The notes: generated from the letters alone by a model not told the origin. A stretch of 64,000 nucleotides of DNA from Octopus vulgaris (GCA_951406725.2 OX597835.1:16616001-16680000), one strand, 5' to 3'. Counted from the first letter of the stretch, positions 24,570 to 39,302 are shown. A program made the numbers and translations.

Positions 24570-25790
24570 GGTAATCCATCGGTGTCCGATGACGACAGAG
24601 TCTGTGTTCTCAGCGATGAGGGTGCATGTGACTCCATAGTCTAAAGCTGGAACCGCACAGGCGCCTACAGATGCTACAGCGATAGTTTGTTAATCGGACT
24701 GAAGCGGATGCTGCTCTGTGATGTCTTTCTCTTGCAACATCGAGACGCCTTCACCAGTCCTCTTCGAAGGCCGCTGCCGCTCCTGAGATGAGAAACCTCC
24801 ACGCTGATCTATCCGCGGCAGAGCCTTCGAGTTCGCGTGGTCCAATGCCGCGCCATTCCAGGTTACTTTTCAGAGTGTCTTTCTACCTCAGTTTAGGTTT
24901 ACTCGTTTAGGTTTTGGTCTTCCTTCCTCCTGGCACCATCACGCAAATGATTGTTTTCCAAATCTTTCTACCACGAACTACCACCCCTCCAGAATTCCTT
25001 TTCAATCTAGTTTCTTCTTCCTGCTGGCGTTGACTTCCAGGATGTCCTGATCGAGAGTCTCCCAGATTAGAGAGACTCCATTTGAAGGTCAAGAACACTT
25101 TCTCTTTCAAAGTCAAAGTTTAGGTTTACTCGTTCACGTGAGCCCTACGTGAGCTCGCTGTACAACAGCTGTCTGGGTTCACGGGTTTTAAGGCATTCTG
25201 ATAACATGGCCAGTCCAGCGTAACTGAGCCTGCAGCAATATTGACTCAATGCTTGTTGAACAGGCTCTGTCCAGTAGTTTTTGGTCTGTCACACTGTTCT
25301 GCCAGCGAATGCTCATGATCTTGCGCTGTGCCTGTGTGTGAAATTGTTCAAGGTGTTTGATGTACCTGTGCATGGGGCCCCTGTTTGACATCCATAGAGT
25401 AGTGTAGAAACGACTACAGCCTTGTAGGTCTTGGGCTTTGTCGGTAGTCTGATGCCTTTCTGCTGGAGGAGTTTCACTTTCAGTGTTCCAAGTGCTTGGC
25501 TGGCCTTGTGGATTCTGGATAATATTTCGCTGTCCAATGATCCATCAGCTGAAATTGCGCTGCCAAGGTACCTGATATTCTCCACACACTTAAGTTGGAC
25601 TCCCTCAATGGTGTTGTTTGACTGGGGCCAAATTATTTGGAGCTGATTGGGCTAGGGCCTCCGTTTTCTCAAGGCTAATGATCAGTCCAAAGAGCCTTGA
25701 TAGTTCTGAAAAGCGATCAACAACGACCAGCAGGTAATTTTCTTTGTGTACCTTCAAGGGTACAATCATCTGCAAATACGACTTCAAATG
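24570..25790 (-). mobile_element. RTE (BovB-like) LINE 3' part, decayed
   Basis: YLGSAISADGSLDSEILSRIHKASQALG, YKAVVVSTLLYGC, SIESILLQAQLRWTGHVIRMP. Confidence 0.9.
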
Positions 25791-26520
25791 GTGTGTGTGT
25801 ATGTGTGTGTGCACGCGCCTATATTTGTCCTCCAGCACCACATGACAACCGATTTGGCTTGTTTACGGCCTTGCGGTTCGGCAAAAAGAGACCGATAGAA
25901 TAAGTAGGCAGGATATATAAAAAAAAACCCAAAAATACTGGGGTTCGATTCATTCGACTAAAAAAAAAAAAAAATTCTTCAGGGCGGTGCCCCAGCATGG
26001 CCGCAGTCTAATGACTGAAACAAGTAAATAAGTACAAGATAGATGATTTGCTACTTTCTTGTTTGTCGTTTCCCACGAAAATATGAAAGGCAAAGTTGAT
26101 CGCGAAACCACAACATTGGTAAAAAACAAAATAAATAAATAAATAAATAAAAGTATTACAACGAATTGTAAATATCCAAAACACTTAAAATTCCTCATTG
26201 AAAGCCGCTCTTTTTATCCCACTAAAGTATGGAGGAATGAGGGGGGGGGGGGCAGAAAACACACACACACACACATGGAATCTAGAAAGAACTTACCCAC
26301 ATGTCAAAGAGATTAGTTCGAAAGTCATTAATCCGAAAGCTTCTTGTGAAAGTGATTTAGTTCACAAGTTTCATAGTAAAACGATCTTCGAGCAAACGCT
26401 GGCAGAAAGGCATTTAAGATTTTTGAAATCTGTAGAAGAATAAAATCGCGGCAGCAGCAGTTAGTACGTGGTCAATCTACGTAAGTAATGGAATTCTTAC
26501 GAAAAGAACAGTAACAGCGT

Positions 26521-26570
<50 letters not shown>

Positions 26571-26826
26571 TTACATTATATATAAGGGCTTATAAAATAA
26601 ATTACTTTGCCACATACTGAACTATTAGAAATAGCAGCTAAAGAAATTTCTTTAGCCATTTCTAATACTTAAAGAAGATCTCTCTCAGATAGTGTTTGCT
26701 CAAACCAACTCACACAGGTATGGGGAAAAAACAAAAAAATCACAAGTGATTTATTTTACGTCCCTTTACATACTGAATACTTGGTGAAATTGATTAATAA
26801 TTAATTAATTTTACCCTCAATTGTTG

Positions 26827-26892
<66 letters not shown>

Positions 26893-26951
26893 CCAGACTA
26901 GACAAAAAAAAATGCGCAACTCCATTGTCTCCTGAGACAGAAAGGATGCCA

Positions 26952-27002
<51 letters not shown>

Positions 27003-27212
27003 TTTATTTCTAATATAAGATAAAAAGATCCCCCCCCCAAAAAAAAAATTCCATCAAAGTGGCCAGCATATTAAAATACCTTTAAAGGTGAAAATTATAA
27101 ACAATTATAATTTACCACACCATAGTGGGTTACATCATGGTTCCTCTGCTTTGTGGAAGAAGTAGGAAGAAAGAGCGAAAGGAAGTCGTGGTGAAAGAGT
27201 ACAGCGGGGTTC

Positions 27213-27600
27213 ACCTCGGCGGAATTTGAACTCAGAACGTAACAACAGACGAAATACCTATTTCTTTATTACCCACAAGGGGATAAACATAGGGGGGACA
27301 AACATGGACAGATAAAGATATTAAGTCGATTACATCGACCCCAGTGCGTAACTGGTACTTAATTTATCGACCCCGAAAGGATGAAAGGCAAAGTCGACCT
27401 CGGCGGAATTTGAACTCAGAACGTAACGGCTGACGTAACGGTAAGCATTTCGTCCAACGTGCTCATGTTTCTGTCAGCTCACCGCCTTTCTACTGCATCC
27501 TATTCTACCGAGGTCAACTTTGCCTTTCATTCTTTCGGGGTCGATAGAATAAGTATCAACTTACTATCTCGAACATGCTGGCCTTGTGCTAAAATTTGAA
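27213..27600. mobile_element. SINE family B copies (minus, then plus fragment)
   Basis: ccccgaaaggatgaaaggcaaagtcgacctcggcggaatttgaactcagaac and its reverse complement. Confidence 0.85.
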
Positions 27601-27626
27601 ACCAATATATATTAAAAACATCCGTT

Positions 27627-28048
27627 GGATCTTTTCAGTTTGAACGGCTTTTTTTTCTAGCAGTTTCATATGAAATTGTCACCCATAATTATGACCCTAG
27701 TATCGATCTATTGCATTTCAATCTGTTTTAGGGTTAGGGTTAGGGGTGGGGGGAAGGGTATTTTTTTTCCTTCAGAAATGTAAATAAACCCAATCTGTTT
27801 CTTAAACGAGGGACATATTCATACGGCACAGAATGTTTCTTTTTACCTCAAATAGGCGTCATTGATTGGTTGAAATTGCAGAAATTGAAGAAAAAGAACA
27901 ACAAATATCTTACAAACTATAGAATTTTCTCAATAAATCCAAGAGAAAAAGATGTTTTATAAACACATTCTACCAGTATACGAAGTTAAAAAGTGTTTAG
28001 TTACGTGGAAATTATTTTGAAAAACTGCCTTTCAAACCGAAAAGATCC
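27627..28048. mobile_element. MITE / non-autonomous TIR element with internal (TTAGGG)3
   Basis: TIRs ggatcttttcagtttgaacggc / gcctttcaaaccgaaaagatcc. Confidence 0.7.
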
Positions 28049-28896
28049 CATCACGCAAAGACTATTAATGCCACTCAAACATTTATTGTTTTTATTGTCT
28101 AAAAATTTCGTTGCTGGAATATTTTTATCCGTGATGTAGTTGCAACCTTGTCAGCGACCAAGTTTCGAGGAACTAAGTTTCGAGGAGCGAAAATTTCGAC
28201 ACCATGTAACAAACACTGAATGTTTAAGTGAAATTAATGGTATTTTGTGTTTCTGAATGGCTGATTTATGTCTTTTATTCTGCAATTGTTTTAGTTTCAG
28301 CACAGAGTCTCAGATCAAAACACTTGCTTAACAAAGACATTCCCGTAATTCCGTTAAATGGTTCTGCCGTAAATCTCCAGCAAATCATTTCCAACTATGA
28401 TATATCGGAAAGGATACGTTGGTTTATACATTCCTTGGTATAGTACGACTATAAGAAAAGACGAGTTGGTCACAGTTGGAATGTCTTTGATTAAATATCT
28501 GCCAATTAACGTTAATTTGAGGTTAAATAACATTTATTAAAAAATATTTAAAAAATTTATAAACCGTGCAAGAGAAGTAACTCTAGATAAATTCAAGGGA
28601 GATAATTTCTTACTAAGGGAAATGATCCAAATAGACAGTCCAAGGGAAGTAACAAAGTAAAGCAAAATGTCTAGGTGTGTCATCTGCGCTAAAACTTGCA
28701 GTTAAGTATGCAATTAAACAGTGAGTTTCTAACATACGGCTTGAAATTAGGGACTCCACTGGAAAAAATGTATTTTATCAATGCTGATATGATGACAGAC
28801 AAAGTCGAACACTGCGGTATCTGAACTTAAAGCGTAATGAGCAGGGATTTTTCCCCTACAACGTTAACGATTCTGCCACGCGAGTATTACTCAGGA

Positions 28897-29215
28897 CTTA
28901 AATCCTTAAATCCTTAAAAAATGTTTTAGCCCGAAGGCCGCGGCCTGGCTGGGGCACCACTGCTGAATGAGCTACACTAATATGTGAATCCACCTCTGAT
29001 ACGTGGCACTTGGTCAACAAGGGAGTTCGATGCCGCTGCCCCCATCTGTGTCTCCTGTCGTGAGGTAGGTTCATCTGGGGACCCCCGACAAGAAGAGATC
29101 CAGTTTAGTTTTAAAGAAACCCACATCCACACCATGCGAGTCTCTCAGGCATTTTGGGAGGATGTTAAAGAGCTGTGGTCCTCTGAAACCCAAACTGTTG
29201 CAGTATCTGGAGGTC
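28897..29215 (-). mobile_element. CR1 LINE 3' end with UTR and (aaggattt) tail
   Basis: 29050-29210 is the reverse complement of ~20050-20215; terminal ggtgccccagccaggccgcggcc motif. Confidence 0.85.
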
Positions 29216-30108
29216 GATAGTGGCGCCCTCTCTCAAACTTATTCACAGTGATCTGGACTTCACGCCTATTTAACAATCTCTTTTTTTGCGGCTAACTTAA
29301 TCGCTTTGAGGAAGAAGGATGGTGGCACACACTCCATAGTTGTGTGTAACATAACTCAGAAGGTTCATGGTGGAATTCCTTTGCCATCTTGTCGTCAGGG
29401 CCGTCTAAGCAACATTATACGCTTCCGCCCCTGGAGAAATCAATTCACCGAACCTTATATGTTTATTGACGTTGTGACGATTCTGCTTGCTCGCCGCTTT
29501 AGCAACAACGAAAAATTCTTTCTGATTTTGGCATAACATCTGATGATTTGAAGGGAAGAGGCAAGTCGATCACATCGCCCCAGAATTTGATTGACGAGTA
29601 CTTTATTTTATTGACGTACAATGACGGAAACACTCTCACCCCCAAACATTTAAGACAATACAACGATAAGGGACTGCGGGGATTAACAGAAACTCGTGTA
29701 AACAAGAACAATTAACAAAAAAAGATTGATGGCATCAAATTTCCGCTGAAGTGGAGAGTACCATCCAGGAGTAACCTGTGGGACGACGTCAGTAGCTGGG
29801 GAGCTGACTGGAACTTGGGGCTGACCGGAAGGGGCAGCAGTGACGCGCGCGCAGGTAGGGCAGGATTCTGCCTTTCGACCGAGGTCGCCGAGCGAGTAAG
29901 ACGGGGTCAGCACGTTGTTCTTACCAAGAGCACTACAAAGAGGCGGTCCTCTCCCATCAACACCCTACAGCTTTCAGGTGCAAACTCAGAGTAGACGCAC
30001 TTTTTCGGGTCATCCTCTCCGCATTTACCCATTTTGCAACAAATTTGCTGAGGCACAGCACTTCCTTCATGACCATCACTTTCTTTTTCAAGTGGAATGT
30101 ATTTATAT

Positions 30109-30306
30109 ACTCTTTTACTTGTTTCAGTCATTTGACTGCGGCCATGCTGGAGCACCGCCTTTTAGTCGAGCAACTCGACCCCGAGACTTATTCTTTGTAA
30201 GCCCAGTACTTATTCTATCGGTCTCTTTTGCCGAACCGCTAGGTGACGGGGACATAAACACACCAGCATCGGTTTTCAAGCAATGCTAGGGGGACAAACA
30301 TAGACT

Positions 30307-30341
<35 letters not shown>

Positions 30342-30468
30342 CTCACAAGGCATTGGTCGGCCCGAGGCTATAGTAGAAGACACTTGCCCAAGGTGCCACG
30401 CAGTGGGACTGAACCCAGAACCACGTGGTTGGTAAGCAAGCTACTTACCACACAGCCACTCCTGCGCC
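30109..30468 (-). mobile_element. SINE family A
   Basis: Tail and head as in 12024-12522. Confidence 0.9.
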
Positions 30469-30473
30469 TATAT

Positions 30474-30597
<124 letters not shown>

Positions 30598-31093
30598 ATG
30601 TTGATGAGGAATTGATTGAGAAAAAGTGTTTGTCTCTCGTCCTTTCAGAATTGTCCATTGTGCAATCTCATTGCCACCAGGCAGAAGAAACCTATTTTCT
30701 CTTTCCGGCCAAAGGAAGGCAAGCCAAGCGATCTTGTTAGCGAATTTGTGAGCAGCCAGCCATGAGATACGAACTCACATCCATGTGATTACCGGTCATA
30801 GTGTTTACCTTAAAGGTATCATGATACAGTATGGACGGATTTTCGAAGTCCAATGATACCCTACACACCTATTGGATTATGAAGATTTACAAACATACTT
30901 TCTCAGTGAAACTCAATATACCTACCATTATAGATAATACCAAATGTTCCTTTTCGGACTTTTCATAATGTGATACAGGTCTTTGGTATAGGAATTGCAT
31001 GCGGCTGAAGAGAGCTTTAAACCATCTGTTATGTCGATTATACATTGATGTAAGAATAAGTTGTTTTATAAAGCTTGAAAAACGTGTACCGCG

Positions 31094-31800
<707 letters not shown>

Positions 31801-31805
31801 ATCGA

Positions 31806-31876
<71 letters not shown>

Positions 31877-31926
31877 TTATCTATCTATCTATGTATATAT
31901 ATATACACGTAACGTTTTATAAAATA

Positions 31927-32320
31927 CTAGCAGTATAGCCCGGCGTTGCTCGGGTTTGTAAGGGGAATAACTATATAAGCATTTTTAGAGATGTAAAGTA
32001 TAACAGCCATCTCAATATGGCTAACCAAAAAAAGGGGGGGTGTTACTGTAGCTTTTTACGTTCTGAGATTTAACAAGTTTTTAGAGAGTTACTTCCCTTA
32101 TATATGCCAAAAATACATTAAAAATGGGAAAAATTGATGGTAATTTTTTTTTAAATCGTAGACTCATCGTAGACGCGCGCTAATACCCAGAAGGGCTCGA
32201 TATGAATCACGACTATAAGATACCCGGTTTTGGTTAAACTGCACCGCAAAATGTGGGAGTAGTTAGGAATCTAAATCGTAAGAGACAGACAGCACACAAC
32301 CTCACTTTTATATATAAAGA
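31927..32320 (-). mobile_element. Non-autonomous Helitron
   Basis: Plus strand starts ctagcagtatagcccggcgttgctcggg (3' hairpin and CTAG) and ends tatataaaga (5' TC). Confidence 0.85.
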
Positions 32321-32556
32321 TATATATATACACGTAACGTTTTATATAGCATATACCATGTGTGATGTGTACCAATAAACCGTTGCAGGCCATAATAGCT
32401 GAGACGGAATCTAAATGGAGTGAAGTCACTCGAAGTCTTGAATATACATTATGATAACATCATAGTAACATTTTAAATTGGTGAGGCTGGAAATTTCTAT
32501 ACATTCACACTCGCACAAATACATTCGTATATATATGTATCTATATACACGTATAA

Positions 32557-32596
<40 letters not shown>

Positions 32597-32804
32597 ACCC
32601 CCTTCGGTCAGGCACTGATCATGGGTTTGCACCTAGAGAGATACCCTCTGAGGCACAAGTCTGGGCAAGGTTGTTTTATGGAAGACCAGCAGTCGCCCAT
32701 GCATACCGGCCTCCCCTCTCCACGTCACCGATGTTGTCCAAGGGAAAGGCAAGGGCCGATACAGCTTGGCACCTGTGACGTCGCAACTCATTTCTACAGC
32801 TGAG

Positions 32805-32864
<60 letters not shown>

Positions 32865-33235
32865 TGTATATATATATATATATATGCATGTATATATATA
32901 TATATATATGCATGTATATATATGTACATAAATATATATATATATATATGTGTGTGTGTGCGTATATATATATATATATATATATATATACTTATATGTA
33001 TATAAATGCATATGTATATATATATATATATATGCATGTATATATATGTATACATGTATATATATATATATATCTGTATCTATAAATAAATATATATGTA
33101 TGTATATATATAGATAGATACACACATTCATATATACATGTGTTACGTTTGCATATCTCCATATAACCATATATACATATATACGCAATCATATATAGAT
33201 GTATATTCAGACACACACACATGAATATACATATA

Positions 33236-33295
<60 letters not shown>

Positions 33296-33434
33296 CATAT
33301 ATATATATGTATATATGTATGCATGTATGTATGTATGAGTCTGTCTATTCAACTATCTATGTCTATTAGTCTGCCATTCATATATTTATCTATCCATCCG
33401 TTCATCTATCTCTCTGTCTGTTTCTCTATCTATC

Positions 33435-33522
<88 letters not shown>

Positions 33523-33528
33523 CATCCT

Positions 33529-33611
<83 letters not shown>

Positions 33612-33779
33612 CTCTATCTCTCTATCTATCTGTCTGTCTGTCTGTCTCTCTTTATTTATCCGTTCCTCTTTCCTCCTCCTTCTCCGTGTACCTGTCTGTC
33701 TTTCTGAATAAAACCACAATTTAAATTTGTTCATATTCTTATGAATGGAAATGTATTTGTATACATGTTTACATATGCT

Positions 33780-34390
33780 TATATATATATACATACATGT
33801 TTACATATGCTTATATATACATACATACATACATACATACATACATACATACATACATACATAACTACACACACATACATACATACATACACACATACAT
33901 ACATACATACTTACATACACACATACACACATACATACATACACACACATACATACATGCATGCATACATACATACATACACACATACATACACACATAC
34001 ATACATACATACATACATACATACACACACATACATACATACATACATACACACATACACACATACATACATACACATACATACATGCATGCATACATTC
34101 ACACATACACACATACATACATACACATACATACATGCATGCATACATTCACACATACACACATACATACATACACATACATATATGCATGCATACATAC
34201 ATACATACATACACACACACATACATACATACATACATACATACATACACACATACACACATACACATACATACATACATACATACATATACATACATAC
34301 ATACATACAGACATACATACATACATACATACATACATACATACATACATACATACACACACACATACATATACACATATATATTTACAC
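33780..34390. repeat. (TACA)n/(CA)n microsatellite
   Basis: Direct reading. Confidence 0.95.
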
Positions 34391-34651
34391 ATACCACTCT
34401 AACACACGGATGTGTATTTCTGCAGGCATAAAGAAGCGCATGTATGTCTGCATATGTAGTTGCACTGGGAATACATCTTTTGTATAGGCATCTGCATGTG
34501 AGTGTGTGTGTGTGTATACGTGTGTGCGTGCGTGTGTAGATCCAAATTTGTGTCTGTATGCGCTTGTATATAGGTGTATGTATGTATATATATGTGTGCA
34601 TGTGGGCATACTTATATATATATGAGTATGTGTGTATATATATATATATGC

Positions 34652-34749
<98 letters not shown>

Positions 34750-35784
34750 ATATATATATATTTATGTATATATATATATTTATGTATATATATATATATA
34801 TATATATATGAATATATACACCTTAACAAATACATTAATATATAAATATAAGTGCAGGAATGTATGTATGAATGTATGAGTCTATGTATGTATATATGTG
34901 TGTATATATATATGTGTATATGTGTGTATATATGTGTGTATATGTGTATGTATGTATGTAAGTATGTATGTATGTATGTATGTATGTATGTATGTATATT
35001 AATATGCAGTACACAAATATATTACATAAAATTCAATTCCTGTCAGAAACTGTAACTTATCAAAAATCCATTAGAGAATGAAAGCAGATTCAATGAGAAA
35101 AAGAAAAAGAAAAAAAAAACCAAAAACAAAAAGAAAGAGATTATAAAACAAAATAAAATAAAATAAAACAAAACACAACCAAACAACAACAACAAGAATG
35201 ACAGCAAGCAAAATAACAAACAAACAAACAAAATAGCTTGTTTGTTTGATGTGATAAAACACTTAGGTCAAATGTCAGTGCCAAATAGCAATATTTGGCA
35301 CTTTAATGAGATTTTACCACAGCAGCGCCATCTGTTGTACATTTCCTTCAACATTACCACTGTAATATGAATTACGCCCCTTCCCCATCTTCTTCGCAGT
35401 TTCATTTTTACTCTTAGGTTTTGGTGGTTGCTTGTTATTACGGTTAGTTGTTCATATATCTACCAGTTGTTGTTGTTGCTGTTGTCGTCGCTGTTGTTGT
35501 TGTTGTTGTTTTCGTTGTCGATCCTGCTGTTGTTATTGTTGTTGTTTTACATTTTTGCAGTTGTTGCTTTTGTTGGTGTTGTTTTGGTTCCCATTGTTGT
35601 CATTTTTGTTGCTGCCTATGTTGCTGTTGTCCATGTTGTTGTCGCCATCCTCAGTACTATTGCGTCTGTTGTTGTTCTTGTTCATGTTGTTTAGCCCTAG
35701 GTCGGTCCATGTATATCGTAGACGATAGACGTGGGTTCTGCAATTTTAACCTGCACAATGAATTTGTTGATTGTGATCAAACGC

Positions 35785-36000
35785 TTCTTATTCCTTTACT
35801 ATCCACAAGGGACTAGAAACAAGGACAGACAAACGGATTCTGTCGATTATATAGACCCCAGAGCGTAACTGGTACTTATTCAATCGATCCCGAAAGGATG
35901 AAAGGCAAAGTCGACCTCGGCGGAATTTGAACTCAGAACGTAGCGGCAGACGAAATACCGCTAAGCATTTCGCCCGGCGTGCTAACGTATCTGCCAGCTC
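35785..36000 (-). mobile_element. SINE family B
   Basis: Same core as 852-1070. Confidence 0.85.
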
Positions 36001-36182
36001 AATTATCTATTCACACACTACAGAAACCCAAACGCAAACCTGGAAGTACGCATAACACTTCTATTGGATAGCACAGGGAAGATCAGAATGTGGACGAACT
36101 TTATATTGTACTCTATTACTTTCTTAACAGAATATAACATAACTATATATATATATATATATATAACATAATAATATATATA

Positions 36183-36220
<38 letters not shown>

Positions 36221-36252
36221 TATATATTCCGCGTTTTATGTTTCGGTGCGAA

Positions 36253-36297
<45 letters not shown>

Positions 36298-36378
36298 ATA
36301 TATATACCATTCGCCATGATAGATCGGTAGCCACTACACATTCTTTTTTATTTTCTCTCCTTGTTTCTTTCTGCGTTC

Positions 36379-36414
36379 CTTTCTGTGGAAGAGCGTAGGC
36401 TCGAAACGTTAAAG
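36379..36414 (+). ncRNA. Minimal hammerhead-like motif (core variant CTGTGGA)
   Basis: cttt-CTGTGGA-a gagc gtag gctc-GAAAC-GTT-aaag; stems I and II intact, palindromic ACGT stem III. Confidence 0.55.
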
Positions 36415-36465
36415 ACTTTTTCACTTCCCAAGCGTTATATATGCTTTCGGTGCGAATGATGCACC

Positions 36466-36518
<53 letters not shown>

Positions 36519-36519
36519 G

Positions 36520-36628
<109 letters not shown>

Positions 36629-36833
36629 ATTGGTAGAAGACCAGCAGTTTCGGAGAAGGGGCTAAGTGGATTACATTGAGCTCAGTGTTCAACTGGTACT
36701 TATTTTATCGACCCCGAAAGGATGAAAGACAAAGTCGGCATCGGAGGAATTTGAACTCAGAAAGTAAAGACGGACAAAATGCCACTAAGTATTTTGCCCG
36801 GCATGGTAACAATTCTGCTAAATCGCTTCATAT

Positions 36834-37380
36834 ATATTAATAGTTATCGCCATACTAATATGGCAGTCTATAAATATAAGACTAAAGCTGTCGCTGATTA
36901 GCTCCAAGAGGCCATCGCCTCTAGCTAGCTATATGACACACGAACCTGCGTCCATTACAACCTTCGAACAGGGAGGTCAGCCGCTTCACCTTGCTAGTCA
37001 GACATCTGCAGACATGTTTCAGGGTTGTTGCCCTTTATCAATGCAGCGTAGTCAGACCCGCAGCTGTCGCTACTGACCGTCTGTTCGAAGATTTTATTTA
37101 CCTAGTTACAGTGGAATACATCCACTTGTTTTCAATAATAGAAATATTAAAATTACTAAGTCTCTCTAAAGGAGATTACGGCAGCGTTACTGGATATTAA
37201 TAGTTATCGCCATACTAATATGGCAGTCTATAAATATAAGACTAAAACTGTCGCTGATTAGCTCCAAGAGGCCATCGTCTCTAGCTAGCTATATGACACA
37301 CGAACCTGCGTCCATTACAACCTTCGAACAGGGGAGGTCAGCCGCTTCACCTTGCTAGTCAGACATCTGCAGACATGTTT
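36834..37380 (-). mobile_element. Retrozyme/Penelope-like partial tandem repeat (361-nt unit, ~1.5 copies)
   Basis: Direct repeats 36834-37019 and 37194-37380; contains the hammerhead at 37007-37045; TA runs on both sides. Confidence 0.7.
37007..37045 (-). ncRNA. Minimal type-I hammerhead ribozyme, U3-A8 core variant
   Basis: Minus strand tgca-TTGATAA-aggg caacaa ccct-GAAAC-at-GTC-tgca; all stems pair, GUC cleavage triplet. Confidence 0.75.
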
Positions 37381-37706
37381 ATATATATATATATGAAGTG
37401 CAGAAACGAACATTTTCGCCATATTTTGCACTTTTATTTCTGTAAAGGCAAGAAAGCTGAAGCTGCTGAGGTTCACAAAGAGGTATGTGAAGTTTATGGT
37501 GTTGATTGCATAACAGAACGCACATAGGCGCAGGAGTGGCTGTGTGGTAAGTAGCTTGCTTACCAACCACATGGTCCCGGGTTCAGTCTCACTGCGTGGC
37601 ACCTTGGGCAAGTGTCTTCTACTATAGCCTGGGGCTGACCAAAGCCTTGCTAGTGGATTTGGTAGACGGAAACTGAAAGAAGCCCGTCGTATATATGTAT
37701 ATATAT

Positions 37707-37751
<45 letters not shown>

Positions 37752-37846
37752 ATCAATATAGGGTGGCAAAAAATTTTGTAGAATTTTTTTGCCACCACGC
37801 CTAGTGGGAAAAAATTAAATAGTCATAGACCATTTATAAGTTCAAC

Positions 37847-38059
<213 letters not shown>

Positions 38060-38116
38060 GTTTAAATATTTGTTGTGCAAGATTTTTTATGTGAAGTCGT
38101 GTGTTGAAACAGATAT

Positions 38117-39067
38117 TGTTATATTTCGGAATGGTCATATTGCCAGTTTAGCCAATAAAACACACACTATATATTTGGTGTTATTTTGCTTCAGTGATAT
38201 TTATTTTTTACATTAATCTTAATCTTATTTCGGCCAAAGTTCTTTCGTCACACTCCTGTGACCGCATCAGTGGTCCTTTGTTTTCTTCTCACTTACTTGT
38301 GTCTCTCCTTACTAACCGTCAGCCATTTTGTATTTATATTGTATGTCTTCATTTGCGCATGCTTATATCTCTATGTGCGTCTATGTTTATTTAGTGTGGG
38401 GGGGGGATGTCTGTAATATTTGTATCTTCTGGTTATATACATTCTTGTAATTTGTATTTTGTTTTTGTTGTTGTTGCTTTTGTTCTAATTTTGTTCATGT
38501 GTTTACATCCACCCATTATTATCATTACATATGCTTGTATGTATGTATAACAACAATATTAGTAATAATAATAATAAATCTAATCGAGAAAAAAAAAAAA
38601 AAAGATTTATTATTATTATTACTAATATTGTTGTTATACATACATACAAGCATATGTAATGATAATAATGGGTGGATGTAAACACATGAACAAAATTAGA
38701 ACAAAAGCAACAACAACAAAAACAAAATACAAATTACAAGAATGTATATAACCAGAAGATACAAATATTACAGACATCCCCCCACACTAAATAAACATAG
38801 ACGCACATAGAGATATAAGCATGCGCAAATGAAGACATACAATAGAAATACAAAATGGCTGACGGTTAGTAAGGAGAGACACAAGTAAGTGAGAAGAAAA
38901 CAAAGGACCACTGATGCGGTCACAGGAGTGTGACGAAAGAACTTTGGCCGAAATAAGATTAAGATTAATGTAAAAAATAAATATCACTGAAGCAAAATAA
39001 CACCAAATATATAGTGCGTGTGTTTTTATTGGCTAAACTGGCAATATGACCATTCCGAAATATAACA
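38117..39067. repeat. ~950-bp near-perfect palindrome (arms ~465 bp, 21-nt A-rich loop)
   Basis: Mirror ORFs 38194-38394(+) and 38787-38987(-) differ by one residue; centre aaatct-aatcgag(a)n-agattt. Confidence 0.97.
38905..38949 (+). ncRNA. Hammerhead-like motif (A9C), mirrored at ~38232-38276 on minus
   Basis: ggacca-CTGATGC-g gtcac aggagt gtgac-GAAAG-aa-CTT-tggcc. Confidence 0.55.
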
Positions 39068-39092
39068 TATATATATATATATATATATATAT

Positions 39093-39137
<45 letters not shown>

Positions 39138-39139
39138 CG

Positions 39140-39209
<70 letters not shown>

Positions 39210-39302
39210 GTATGTGCGTGTATATGTTTGTTTATTAAAGTTTTTATTGATATTAAATTTTTGTGTTAATGGAAGGGAACTGATTCACTGAACCCCTATA
39301 AA

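Noticed and set aside
27728-27750. Telomere or telomere-healing site
   Set aside because: Only three TTAGGG units, internal to a TIR element
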